A DNA stretch of 64,000 nt from Sulfurospirillaceae bacterium (GTDB lineage Bacteria; Campylobacterota; Campylobacteria; Campylobacterales; Sulfurospirillaceae). The notes beneath the pieces are model-generated. The model was not told where the DNA came from. It saw only the letters and a program-made list of their open reading frames with translations, and searched no databases. Below are positions 11,321 to 19,940 of this stretch, one piece after another. The position numbers and the translations under genes are program-made. The DNA lies in the NCBI GenBank assembly GCA_033723415.1, contig JAWVXD010000002.1, positions 192,001-256,000 on the forward strand, written 5' to 3'. The first letter of the stretch is position 1. Each line of letters opens with the position of its first letter.

Positions 11321-11434
11321 TAATTCTATATAGTGCCGGATTATACAATTATTTATACTTAATTTCAAGTTTGATATTATTGAAGCAACCAAATAGGGCA
11401 GATCATGAAGATTCTCCACCCTATTGGCCTTTGA

Positions 11435-11965
11435 TTAGTCTTGTTGTATCTTAAAAGTATTGAAGATTATATCTGTAGCCAACATCCTTGTAGCATGATT
11501 TACAGCATCCAAGATATCTTTATCACTCCAATTCATCGCTCGAAGTGCATCCAAATCATCAGCATTTACCGAGTGAGCATCACGTATGGATTTTATAGCT
11601 ATTTTAAGTAGTGCGATTTCTCGATCCGGAAGATTTGCATCGTCTATGTTTTTACGCATTGCTTCAACTTGTTCTAGAGTCCAACCTGCCATATTGATCA
11701 GCATCCCTGTGTTGAAATCTATACAAAATTTACAATCATTTGTGCTAGAAACCAAAATACGAATAGACGCAAGAAGCGGCATAGAAAGCGTCTTGTGATT
11801 CATATAATATCCTATAAAATCCATCTGCTGTCGTAACAACTCCGGACTAGAACTAAACAAAAGTGCATTGTTTCCGACACTTCCTCTCATAGTTATAATT
11901 GTTTCATAAAGTTTTGCTAACTCACCTGTGGCATCTTGTTGTGAAATCGTCTCAATAATTGGCAT
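11435..11965 (-). CDS. AhpD/carboxymuconolactone decarboxylase-like (peroxidase-related) protein
   Basis: ATGELAKLYE N-terminus and VS..N.CKFC (CxxC) motif. Confidence 0.75.
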   Translation of the reverse strand: MPIIETISQQDATGELAKLYETIITMRGSVGNNALLFSSSPELLRQQMDFIGYYMNHKTLSMPLLASIRILVSSTNDCKFCIDFNTGMLINMAGWTLEQVEAMRKNIDDANLPDREIALLKIAIKSIRDAHSVNADDLDALRAMNWSDKDILDAVNHATRMLATDIIFNTFKIQQD

Positions 11966-11986
11966 TTTTCAATCCTTTGATAAATA

Positions 11987-12035
11987 TAGACCGATTGGTC
12001 AATAAAATTATAATATAAATAGACCAAATAGTCAA
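11987..12035. promoter_or_regulatory. Two TetR-type operator palindromes between divergent ahpD-like and tetR genes
   Basis: TAGACCGATTGGTCAA (11987-12002) and TAGACCAAATAGTCAA (12020-12035). Confidence 0.7.
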
Positions 12036-12058
12036 GTAATCTATGCTATAATTATTTT

Positions 12059-12631
12059 ATGAAAAAAACAACCAGACAAAAACTCATAGATGCAACTTTT
12101 GAAGAGGTATACTCTCACGGCTACCAAGGTGCCGCTTTATCGGATATCTTAACTAAAGCCGGAGTGCACAAAGGCTCGATGTATCACTATTTTGGAAGCA
12201 AAAAAGATATGGCGCTGACAGCGCTAAAAGAAAAGATATATGCTAAATTTCTTGAGAGATACGGCAAAATACTAGAGCTCCAAAGCGGATATTTGGAACA
12301 ATTTATCAAAGGCATTGAGGATACTGAGCTTAGAGATTTGCGCAGAGGATGCCCTATAGCAAATATCATCCAAGAGATGTCAAATTTGGATGATGATTTT
12401 CATCAAACCATGAAAGCTATCTATGCGGAGTTTAGAGAATATATAAAAAAGATTCTTGATAAGGCTATAGAAAAAGGAGAGATGAAGCATTGCGATACGC
12501 AAAAGCTTGCTCTTTTTATAACTGCAACCCTAGAAGGTGCGATCCTCTCTACAAAAGCCAGCGGAGAGATAGATGATTATGAAAATGTCGTAGAGATCTT
12601 GATCTCACATATTTGGCAATATAAGATTTAA
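12059..12631 (+). CDS. TetR/AcrR-family regulator (NemR/LmrA-like)
   Basis: HTH (AGVHKGSMYHYFGSK) and GCPIAN motif in the C-terminal domain. Confidence 0.9.
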   Translation: MKKTTRQKLIDATFEEVYSHGYQGAALSDILTKAGVHKGSMYHYFGSKKDMALTALKEKIYAKFLERYGKILELQSGYLEQFIKGIEDTELRDLRRGCPIANIIQEMSNLDDDFHQTMKAIYAEFREYIKKILDKAIEKGEMKHCDTQKLALFITATLEGAILSTKASGEIDDYENVVEILISHIWQYKI

Positions 12632-12644
12632 ATTGGAGATAACG

Positions 12645-13214
12645 ATGAGCAAAGAGCGTTGCAGTTGGGTAAAACTAAGTGATCCCGTATATGTAGCTTA
12701 TCATGATACAGAGTGGGGGAAACCTCTTCATGATGACAGGGCTCTTTTTGAGCTTTTTTGCCTAGAGACTCAAAGCGCAGGTCTTAGTTGGCTCACGATT
12801 CTCAAAAAGCGTGAAGGTTATCGCAAGGTATTTGAAGGATTTGATCTACAAAAAGTTGCGGCTTACACACAAGAAGATGTCAACCGCATATTACAAAGCG
12901 ATCAAGTCATCAAACATAAAGCAAAGATCGAATCAATCATCAACAATGCAAAAGGATTTTTAAAGATACAACACGAATATGGATCCCTTGATGCGTATTT
13001 TTGGAGCAAGGTTGATGGAAAGCCGATCGTAAATGATGTAGATGAGCATAAAGATACGATCACTACTTCTAATATCTCTGATGAGTTGACAAAAGAGCTT
13101 AAAAAAAAGGGATTTAAATTTGTAGGCTCCGTCACTATCTACTCGTTCATGCAAGCTAGCGGGATGGTAAATGATCATAAAAACGAATGCTTTTGCAAAC
13201 AAATCAAAGACTGA
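12645..13214 (+). CDS. tag: DNA-3-methyladenine glycosylase I
   Basis: RCSW, YHDTEWG, QSAGLSWLTILKKR, GFKFVG, NDH..CFC; ATG at 12645 follows a GGAG SD. Confidence 0.93.
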   Translation: MSKERCSWVKLSDPVYVAYHDTEWGKPLHDDRALFELFCLETQSAGLSWLTILKKREGYRKVFEGFDLQKVAAYTQEDVNRILQSDQVIKHKAKIESIINNAKGFLKIQHEYGSLDAYFWSKVDGKPIVNDVDEHKDTITTSNISDELTKELKKKGFKFVGSVTIYSFMQASGMVNDHKNECFCKQIKD

Positions 13215-13218
13215 GTGG

Positions 13219-13340
13219 ATGAAACAATCATGGAAAGCAGACGCATACGCGCAAAATTCCAAATGACAAGCCATCTGGGTAGAAGAGTTGATATAAAAAA
13301 TCAATTTACAAAAAAATGAAACCATATTGGATATCGGATA
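13219..13340 (+). pseudogene. Truncated class I SAM-dependent methyltransferase (trans-aconitate MTase-like) remnant
   Basis: Reads MKQSWKADAYAQNSK*QAIWVEELI*KINLQKNETILDIG: two in-frame stops, and it breaks off at motif I (ILDIG); absent from the ORF track. Confidence 0.7.
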
Positions 13341-13499
13341 CAGCTATATAAGAGATACACAAAAGAGCAATGTCATGATTGCAGTTTTTTGCTCTTTGCG
13401 CACATGTTCGCTTTATGCTTTTACAAGTATGCATATGATATTCTTTCTTTAAGACCTATTCAACGCAGCAATCAGTAAAAATGCCACTTGGAAAGAATC

Positions 13500-13709
13500 A
13501 TGACAAAAAAAAATGATATAGAACAAAATTTCAAAGAAACATTTCAAGAAATTAATCATGTCATGCAACAATATCCTTTATTGATCCCTTCGTCAACTAA
13601 AAAACAAAAAATCGCTGATCACCTCTCTTCTATTAACAACTTTATCACCTCCCAAGTTAAAAAACTAAAAGAGCATAAAAAAGGGCTAATACACCAGCTT
13701 TTTCCATAA
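13500..13709 (+). pseudogene. hsdS: Type I restriction-modification remnant (HsdS C-terminus)
   Basis: IPS..KKQKIADHLSSINNFITSQ..KLKEHKKGLIHQLFP matches the conserved HsdS C-terminal helix (EQQKIA..LSS.D..I...LK.HKKGLMQQLFP); only about 70 codons remain. Confidence 0.75.
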
Positions 13710-13758
13710 AAAGAGGTAAAATAAAAATGGCAAAATTAAATCAAACAAAGGAGAACAA

Positions 13759-14742
13759 ATGAAACTGGATTCAATTATTATACATGAGATAAAAAAAGAG
13801 GCGAATACCACAAATACCGCTACTTTATACATATCTAATGTGACATTAGATGCAACTAATGAATATGTATTAAATATTGTTACTTCTTTGGAAGAGTCTT
13901 TTTCAAAAAAAACACTCAAGAGAGCTAAATTTTCCGATGATGGTTTTAAAGAGGATTTTCAAGATTATAGTTCTATTGATATTGTAAATTTTTCAGATAT
14001 TTTAACAAGAAAGTTAAAAAATAAAATTGATGGTATTTCTCCAGCAAAAGGTGGGTATCTTGTATTTGCCAGATATACAACAACACAAGACTTCTTAGCG
14101 ATTTTTTTAGTAAGAAATACGGAAGGTTCTAAACTTATCCCAAGTGGCGGAAGTTGGAATTTAGACTCTACACAATATTTAGATGTTGAACATTTTGCAA
14201 TGGGTGCAAAAATTAATTTATCAATTTTAAATAGTGACTCAGATGATAGATATATATCTTTAGTTCGAGGTAATACAGATATTTCAAGTTACTTTGAAGC
14301 ATGGATTGGATTAGATGATCCAAAGCAAGAAAATAAAGATGCACAAGCTTTATTCAATATATCAAACCACATAGAATTACCAGATGGAATGACAAGAGAT
14401 AGTTTAAAAAGAATTATTTTTGATTATGCAAAAAGTAGCACGGGAAAAGTTGTTAATTTAAGAGACCTAAGTACATATATCTTTCAAGATGAAAATTATA
14501 TTACAAACTACTGTGAAACAAATAATATAGATATTGATGGAGAATTTAAATTAGCTGGTGCAAATTTAAGCAGATTTTATAAAGTTTCTGTTAAGGCAAA
14601 TAATATTGAACTGACTTTTCCAAGAAGTAGTTTTAATCCCGACGAAATTGAAATAATAGATGAACAAGTTGTTATTCATTCTACAGAGTTAGCACAACGA
14701 ATTCAAAACGCTATTGATGCTGATATTGATATAGAGCAATGA
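13759..14742 (+). CDS. Nucleoid-associated protein, NdpA/YejK (NA37)-like
   Basis: IIIHEIKKE N-terminus, KGGYLVFARY, YLDVEHFAMGAKINL, YISLVRG..ISSYFEAWIG pattern, 327 aa. Confidence 0.75.
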   Translation: MKLDSIIIHEIKKEANTTNTATLYISNVTLDATNEYVLNIVTSLEESFSKKTLKRAKFSDDGFKEDFQDYSSIDIVNFSDILTRKLKNKIDGISPAKGGYLVFARYTTTQDFLAIFLVRNTEGSKLIPSGGSWNLDSTQYLDVEHFAMGAKINLSILNSDSDDRYISLVRGNTDISSYFEAWIGLDDPKQENKDAQALFNISNHIELPDGMTRDSLKRIIFDYAKSSTGKVVNLRDLSTYIFQDENYITNYCETNNIDIDGEFKLAGANLSRFYKVSVKANNIELTFPRSSFNPDEIEIIDEQVVIHSTELAQRIQNAIDADIDIEQ

Positions 14743-15992
14743 AAATAGAAGCTATAAACAGACTAGTTGATTTATTAGCTAGTTGCACAGATGAAGCAGC
14801 GGATGAATTAACCTTTGTATCTAATGATTTAAAAAATCACAAAACATTATTAACTGAGTTAAACATTCATAGTGAAGAGTTGGCAGAGGGAATCAGTATA
14901 AACTTAGCTAATCAAGCTATTAATATTTATAAAACAAAAAAAGATTGTATAAAACATTTTCAGGGAAATATTGAAAAACCTATAGTAATTCTTGCGGATA
15001 AAATTATTTATGATAAAGATACTGATAATGTCTTTTTTGAAAATTTAATATATTCACTAAAAATTAGAACACTAATAGAAGAAAGAGAGATAGTTTCATT
15101 TCATGATAAAATAAATAGAAGTTTTATTTTATTGTCTGAATCAAATGGAAAGCTCAAATTGGGTTATGAAAGTAAACCATTAGAATTTTACAACGAAGAA
15201 CATAATTTAAAAAATTTATTTAAATTGCTATTAAAAAAATTAGACAAAGATGAGTTTGCTTCATTCTTTAGAGATAATATTATTAAAAGTGTAGAGGATG
15301 AAGAAGATATAAAAAGAAGATATATCACTTTTCTTACTCGTTTAAATAACACAATAGAGAAAACTGAACGGGAGTATAGTCTGTTTATTAATAAATTTTC
15401 TTTTGAAAAATTTAATTCAGAACTCAAAAAAGAAAAAGAAAAATATATAAAAAACATTCAAGATAATTTATCAGAGTTTTTATCAAAAGTAAATGCTTTG
15501 CCTGTTCAATTTGGTGTTTATATTTTATTGATTTTTAGGTTTGAACACGAGATAATTCCTTTAATCGGGACTGTAGTTTTAATTATTGCTTGGAGTTCTT
15601 TTAGTTTTTTATCTCTTCAAACAATGAAAAAGACAATAAATTTTATAGAGAGAAAATTTGAAAATGTATTTGAGCAAATTGCTCAAGAATCAGGAATTAA
15701 TGAAAAGATATTAACACAAGATAAGAAAGAAGTTGATAATAAAATTAGTGATATTAGACAAATGATATATTGGTATCAAGGTATTGTTGTTGTTTTTAGC
15801 TTAATTTTTATACTTTTTAGTGGTTCAAACATTTATCAACAGTATAAAAAGAATAATGATAAAAACCCTCTCTTAAATGAAAAAATAAATAAATATGATG
15901 GTATTAAAGGCACAATGGAGAATAACCAATCTCAATCTAATAAAGTCATTATTCACAAAGATACCAATAACGAAAGAGAAGTTCATAAATGA
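14739..15992 (+). CDS. Hypothetical membrane protein (soluble N-terminal domain, coiled coil, about 3 C-terminal TMs)
   Basis: 417 aa; ATGA overlap with the upstream gene; FSFEKF..ELK..K.KY...IQ..LS....KV.ALP segment before hydrophobic helices. Confidence 0.8.
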   Translation: MKIEAINRLVDLLASCTDEAADELTFVSNDLKNHKTLLTELNIHSEELAEGISINLANQAINIYKTKKDCIKHFQGNIEKPIVILADKIIYDKDTDNVFFENLIYSLKIRTLIEEREIVSFHDKINRSFILLSESNGKLKLGYESKPLEFYNEEHNLKNLFKLLLKKLDKDEFASFFRDNIIKSVEDEEDIKRRYITFLTRLNNTIEKTEREYSLFINKFSFEKFNSELKKEKEKYIKNIQDNLSEFLSKVNALPVQFGVYILLIFRFEHEIIPLIGTVVLIIAWSSFSFLSLQTMKKTINFIERKFENVFEQIAQESGINEKILTQDKKEVDNKISDIRQMIYWYQGIVVVFSLIFILFSGSNIYQQYKKNNDKNPLLNEKINKYDGIKGTMENNQSQSNKVIIHKDTNNEREVHK

Positions 15993-16663
15993 CTAATAAA
16001 GAAACAAATTATTTAAAAGTTTTAGAAGCGTTTAATAACTCAAATTTATCAGTTATTGAAACAAAATTTGGCAAGAGGTACATTTCCAAAATTATTTTTG
16101 TAATATTTTTAATTCTATCTATTAGTAGTATTTATTGTGCTAAAGAGAATAGTAGTAGTTGGATTATTATTGCACTTGGCTTAATGATGATGTTTTCTAT
16201 CTTCCTATATTTTAAACATATCAATAACAAGGTTATAAGCTATTTTGGAGAAAGTAGTAAAGCTTTTATAAAACAAAATGAAATCTATTGGCGAGCTATT
16301 AGAGCATTGATTTTTTTTGAAAATATACAAAATCAAAAGCTTGATTTAGATGAGAATATCATTATAGAAATAATTGAAAAAGAATTGAATTTAAAAAAGA
16401 TAGAAATACTCAAAACACCAGTTTTTCTAGGACTGTTGACAGTATGGGGAATGTTGATAAATAGTATTTTTGATAAGACTGAGCTATCGGTTTTGTGGAT
16501 ATTTTTCTTTATTCTTTTGATGATTACATATTTTTCTTATGGCTTAGTTTCTGTTTTAAGAACTGAAGAGTCGAAAATGAATGATCTGAAACTTTTTATT
16601 CATTGGTACAACGTGATTGCTCCTACAATTGGGAAATTCCATATTAGTGAAGAAAAAGACTAA
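15989..16663 (+). CDS. Hypothetical membrane protein, 2+2 TM
   Basis: 224 aa; ATGA overlap; four hydrophobic segments in two hairpins. Confidence 0.75.
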   Translation: MTNKETNYLKVLEAFNNSNLSVIETKFGKRYISKIIFVIFLILSISSIYCAKENSSSWIIIALGLMMMFSIFLYFKHINNKVISYFGESSKAFIKQNEIYWRAIRALIFFENIQNQKLDLDENIIIEIIEKELNLKKIEILKTPVFLGLLTVWGMLINSIFDKTELSVLWIFFFILLMITYFSYGLVSVLRTEESKMNDLKLFIHWYNVIAPTIGKFHISEEKD

Positions 16664-16699
16664 CACACTCAAGACTACCGAAAAAAAGGAGCTTGATAA

Positions 16700-16822
16700 A
16701 TGAATGAAAACAACATCCACAACGCAGCAGACACTAAAGTTTCCGTATCGCTTCTTACAAAAGAGCGTACGGCGTGGATGAGTCAAGCTCAGATAGTGGA
16801 TCTTTTTACGAAGACAAAATAA
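16700..16822 (+). pseudogene. RhuM-family protein N-terminal remnant
   Basis: AGGAG SD then MNENNIHNAADTKVSVSLLTKERTAWMSQAQIVDLFTKTK*, resembling the RhuM N-terminus (TVW(L/M)(S/T)Q.QIAELF); stops after 40 codons. Confidence 0.65.
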
Positions 16823-16857
16823 AATCAAAAACTGATAGCTTTTAAAAAAGATATTTC

Positions 16858-17235
16858 TCACTTTGCCTTGCAGATGGTCGCTTCACATGGGTTTTCGGCT
16901 GTGATCTTACCATGAGTTGAACTGTATAAGATTCCCCATTTATACATCTCGGTGAGTACGGGTTTGAGCTCTTGTCCGATTTTAGTAAGAGAGTATACAA
17001 CCTTTGGGGGCACTTCTGCAAATACTTCTCTGTGGATTATATTTTTTTCTTCGAGTTCTTTGAGTTTGACCGTTAGCGTTTTTTGCGTTATCTCACTGAT
17101 GATCTCATGAAGTTCTTTAAACCTTTTGTCACCGTCTAACAGATGCCAGATGATGGCGAGTTTCCACCTGTCATTGAAAACATCCAGTGTCACGGAAACG
17201 GAACATTGATACTCTTTATCATTTATGTAATACAT
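16858..17235 (-). CDS. HxlR/DUF24-family winged-helix regulator
   Basis: YQCSV..TL....RWK..I.WHL, KRF.EL, ITQKTLT..LKELE, EVPPKVVYSLT. Confidence 0.93.
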   Translation of the reverse strand: MYYINDKEYQCSVSVTLDVFNDRWKLAIIWHLLDGDKRFKELHEIISEITQKTLTVKLKELEEKNIIHREVFAEVPPKVVYSLTKIGQELKPVLTEMYKWGILYSSTHGKITAENPCEATICKAK

Positions 17236-17353
17236 CTATATCCTTAATAATTAGTACATATTATACCATAATTTTTCCATTACTTACCAAAAGTAAAGTA
17301 AGGGAGTATTAAGTAAATAAGGAATATAATTTTTCTTTTTTAAAGGAGCAAAA

Positions 17354-17944
17354 ATGAAAAAAATACTTATCATAAACGGACATCAATACTATAAAGATAT
17401 CGCAGAGGGCAACCTAACAGGTTCAATCATAAAGAAAATGGTAGATACCTTAGAGAACAAAGGTTTTGAGATAAAACAAACAGACATAGACAACGGGTAT
17501 GACGTGAAAGAAGAACTTGAAAAACTTGCTTGGTCAGATTATATAATCTTCCAATATCCTGTTTATTGGATGGGTGTGCCTTGGATCGCCAAAAAATACA
17601 TCGACGAAGTATTTTCAGCAGGGGCTGGAACGGTGACCTATCTGAATGATGGCAGAAGCAGAGAAGATGCCTCTAAGACATACGGAAGCGGCGGTCTTAT
17701 GAGCGAAAAAAAATATATGCTTAGTCTCACATACAACTGCCCAACCAGTGAATTTAACAATAAAGACGGATTTTTTGAAGGGCTAAGTGTCGATGAGGCA
17801 AATGTAGCAGCACACAAACTTTTCCAATTCTGCGGCGCAAAGAAGCTTGATACTTACTCGATCCATGATATCTTCAAAGGTGACCTTGATCTTGATAGTG
17901 AACTTGTAAAACTGGAACAAATCCTAAACAAAAACTTCTCATAA
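17354..17944 (+). CDS. mdaB: MdaB-like NAD(P)H:quinone oxidoreductase (flavodoxin-2)
   Basis: IFQYPVYWMGVPW..KKYIDEVF, DGRSR.D.SK.YGSGGL, KYMLSLTYN. Confidence 0.85.
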   Translation: MKKILIINGHQYYKDIAEGNLTGSIIKKMVDTLENKGFEIKQTDIDNGYDVKEELEKLAWSDYIIFQYPVYWMGVPWIAKKYIDEVFSAGAGTVTYLNDGRSREDASKTYGSGGLMSEKKYMLSLTYNCPTSEFNNKDGFFEGLSVDEANVAAHKLFQFCGAKKLDTYSIHDIFKGDLDLDSELVKLEQILNKNFS

Positions 17945-17952
17945 GGACAATC

Positions 17953-19086
17953 ATGCACTTTTCATACAAAAACCCGACACTGATAGAATTTGGACAAGGC
18001 AAGATAGCCCGCATACAAGACCTCATACCAAAAAACAAAAGAATTCTGGTTGCCTATGGCGGCGGAAGCATAAAACGAAACGGCGTATACGATCAGGTAA
18101 AAGAAGCCCTATCCGAACACACGTGGTTTGAGTTTGGAGGTATCGAGCCAAACCCGACAAAAGAGACACTGGATAAAGCAGTCATTTTCGGAAGAGAGAA
18201 TGATGTAGATTATATATTGGCTGTCGGTGGAGGTTCTGTTCTTGATGGATCCAAATATATTGCCAATGCATTTTATTATGACGGTGATGGCTGGGACTTG
18301 TTGGAAGGCAAATACAAAGCAACAAAAGCACTAGAGATAGGTACGATACTTACACTTGCCGCAACAGGGAGTGAATCTAACAGTGGTTCGGTTGTGACAA
18401 AAAAAGAGACGAGTGAGAAAAGATTTTTCCACTCTGAACTGTCTTATCCAAAATTTTCTATTTTAGATCCAGACGTGCTAAAAAGTCTAGACGATAGACA
18501 ACTTAGTAATGGAATCATAGATGCGTTCGTGCATACTTGTGAACAGTATCTGACATATTCACATGGTGCGATGGCTCAAGATCATTATAGCGAGGGGATC
18601 CTTCGAGGGCTTATAGAGCTTTCTGCTTCTTTTGATAAAAGAGATGATCTTTGGTATGCAAACCTTATGTGGCTTGCAAATCAAGCATTGAATGGTTTGA
18701 TCGGTCTTGGTGTACCTCAAGATTGGGCGACACACTTCATTGGACATGAGCTAAGCGGACTTTATGGTATCGATCATGCAAGAACATTGGCGATCATCCA
18801 GCCAAACTTGTTAAAAGTACTTGTTAATGAAAAACAAGATAAACTTTTGCAAATGGGGAAAAACGTATGGTCTCTGGATACAAAAGATCCTAATGAGGTT
18901 ATTAATAAAATAGAAGAATTGTACAGTTCTCTTCATGTTGATCTAAAAATCTCATCATATACCGATGATACTGGTATAGAGTTGAAAGTTCTTTCTCTTT
19001 TGAAAAAGCATGGTTTTGTGAACTTTGGAGATAGAGAACTTGTCAGTACAGAGGTTGTGAAAAAGATACTTGATATGTCATTATAA
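17953..19086 (+). CDS. Iron-containing NADPH-dependent alcohol dehydrogenase (YqhD-like)
   Basis: YGGGSIKRNGVY, GIEPNP, AVGGGSVLDG, ATGSE, DWATH.IGHELS..YGIDHARTL. Confidence 0.92.
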   Translation: MHFSYKNPTLIEFGQGKIARIQDLIPKNKRILVAYGGGSIKRNGVYDQVKEALSEHTWFEFGGIEPNPTKETLDKAVIFGRENDVDYILAVGGGSVLDGSKYIANAFYYDGDGWDLLEGKYKATKALEIGTILTLAATGSESNSGSVVTKKETSEKRFFHSELSYPKFSILDPDVLKSLDDRQLSNGIIDAFVHTCEQYLTYSHGAMAQDHYSEGILRGLIELSASFDKRDDLWYANLMWLANQALNGLIGLGVPQDWATHFIGHELSGLYGIDHARTLAIIQPNLLKVLVNEKQDKLLQMGKNVWSLDTKDPNEVINKIEELYSSLHVDLKISSYTDDTGIELKVLSLLKKHGFVNFGDRELVSTEVVKKILDMSL

Positions 19087-19109
19087 ATAAGAATTTGAAA
19101 AAGAGGTGA

Positions 19110-19916
19110 ATGATGCCGGGTTTTGAATTTATCATATACTACATACTTTTAGGTTCCTTTGTCGGTGTAGCGGCGGGATTGATGGGTATCGGTGGCGGTG
19201 GTATCATCGTACCGGTTCTCACGACACTTTTTTTAATGCAAGGCGTACCGCACAATGAAGTAGTTCATTTAGCTCTTGGTACATCTATGGCGACTATCGT
19301 CATCACTTCTTTTTCTAGTCTAAGAGCTCATCACAAACGAGGTGGCGTGATCTGGGATGTTGTCAAGATGATGGCACCCGGGATCTTGCTAGGAGCTTTT
19401 TTAGCAACCTTTCTAGCTTCGATTCTCAGCTCATTTTATCTGGCTATATTCTTTTCAATCTTTATGGCTTACGTATCAATTCAAATGTTTATAAACAAAA
19501 AACCAAAACCAAGCAGAAAACTTTTGAGCTCACTCGGACAATTTATATCCGGTTCCATCATCGGACTCGTTTCTGCGCTTGTGTCAATCGGAGGGGGCTC
19601 ACTTAGCGTTCCTTATCTGATTTGGCAAAATGTCGAACTAAGAAAAGCGATAGGTACGAGTGCTGCTATAGGATTTCCACTTGCGATAAGCGGTACTATC
19701 GGATATATCATAAACGGCTGGGGTCATACAGACATGCAACATCTTGTTGTTGGATTTGTATCTTTACCGGCTTTTTTTATCATCGCATTTTGCAGTTATT
19801 TTATGGCGCCTGTTGGTGTCAAATTGACGCATATACTTCCTGTTGAGATCACCAAAAAGATCTTTGCATTGTTACTCATCACTCTAAGTATCAAGATGCT
19901 GAGTTCATTTATATAA
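19110..19916 (+). CDS. TauE/SafE (TSUP) family transporter
   Basis: AGLMGIGGGGIIVP, ALGTSMA, SIGGGSLSVP, AIGTSAA repeats. Confidence 0.9.
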   Translation: MMPGFEFIIYYILLGSFVGVAAGLMGIGGGGIIVPVLTTLFLMQGVPHNEVVHLALGTSMATIVITSFSSLRAHHKRGGVIWDVVKMMAPGILLGAFLATFLASILSSFYLAIFFSIFMAYVSIQMFINKKPKPSRKLLSSLGQFISGSIIGLVSALVSIGGGSLSVPYLIWQNVELRKAIGTSAAIGFPLAISGTIGYIINGWGHTDMQHLVVGFVSLPAFFIIAFCSYFMAPVGVKLTHILPVEITKKIFALLLITLSIKMLSSFI

Positions 19917-19940
19917 TATAGGAATAAAAACTTCTTTCTA

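Noticed and set aside
11188..11454. ORFs 11188-11454 (+) and 11237-11419 (-)
   Set aside because: They overlap the TPP riboswitch and its promoter
13759..16663. Assignment to Kiwa, Zorya or another named defence system
   Set aside because: Only the general layout is similar; I see no DUF4868, MotA/MotB or nuclease motifs
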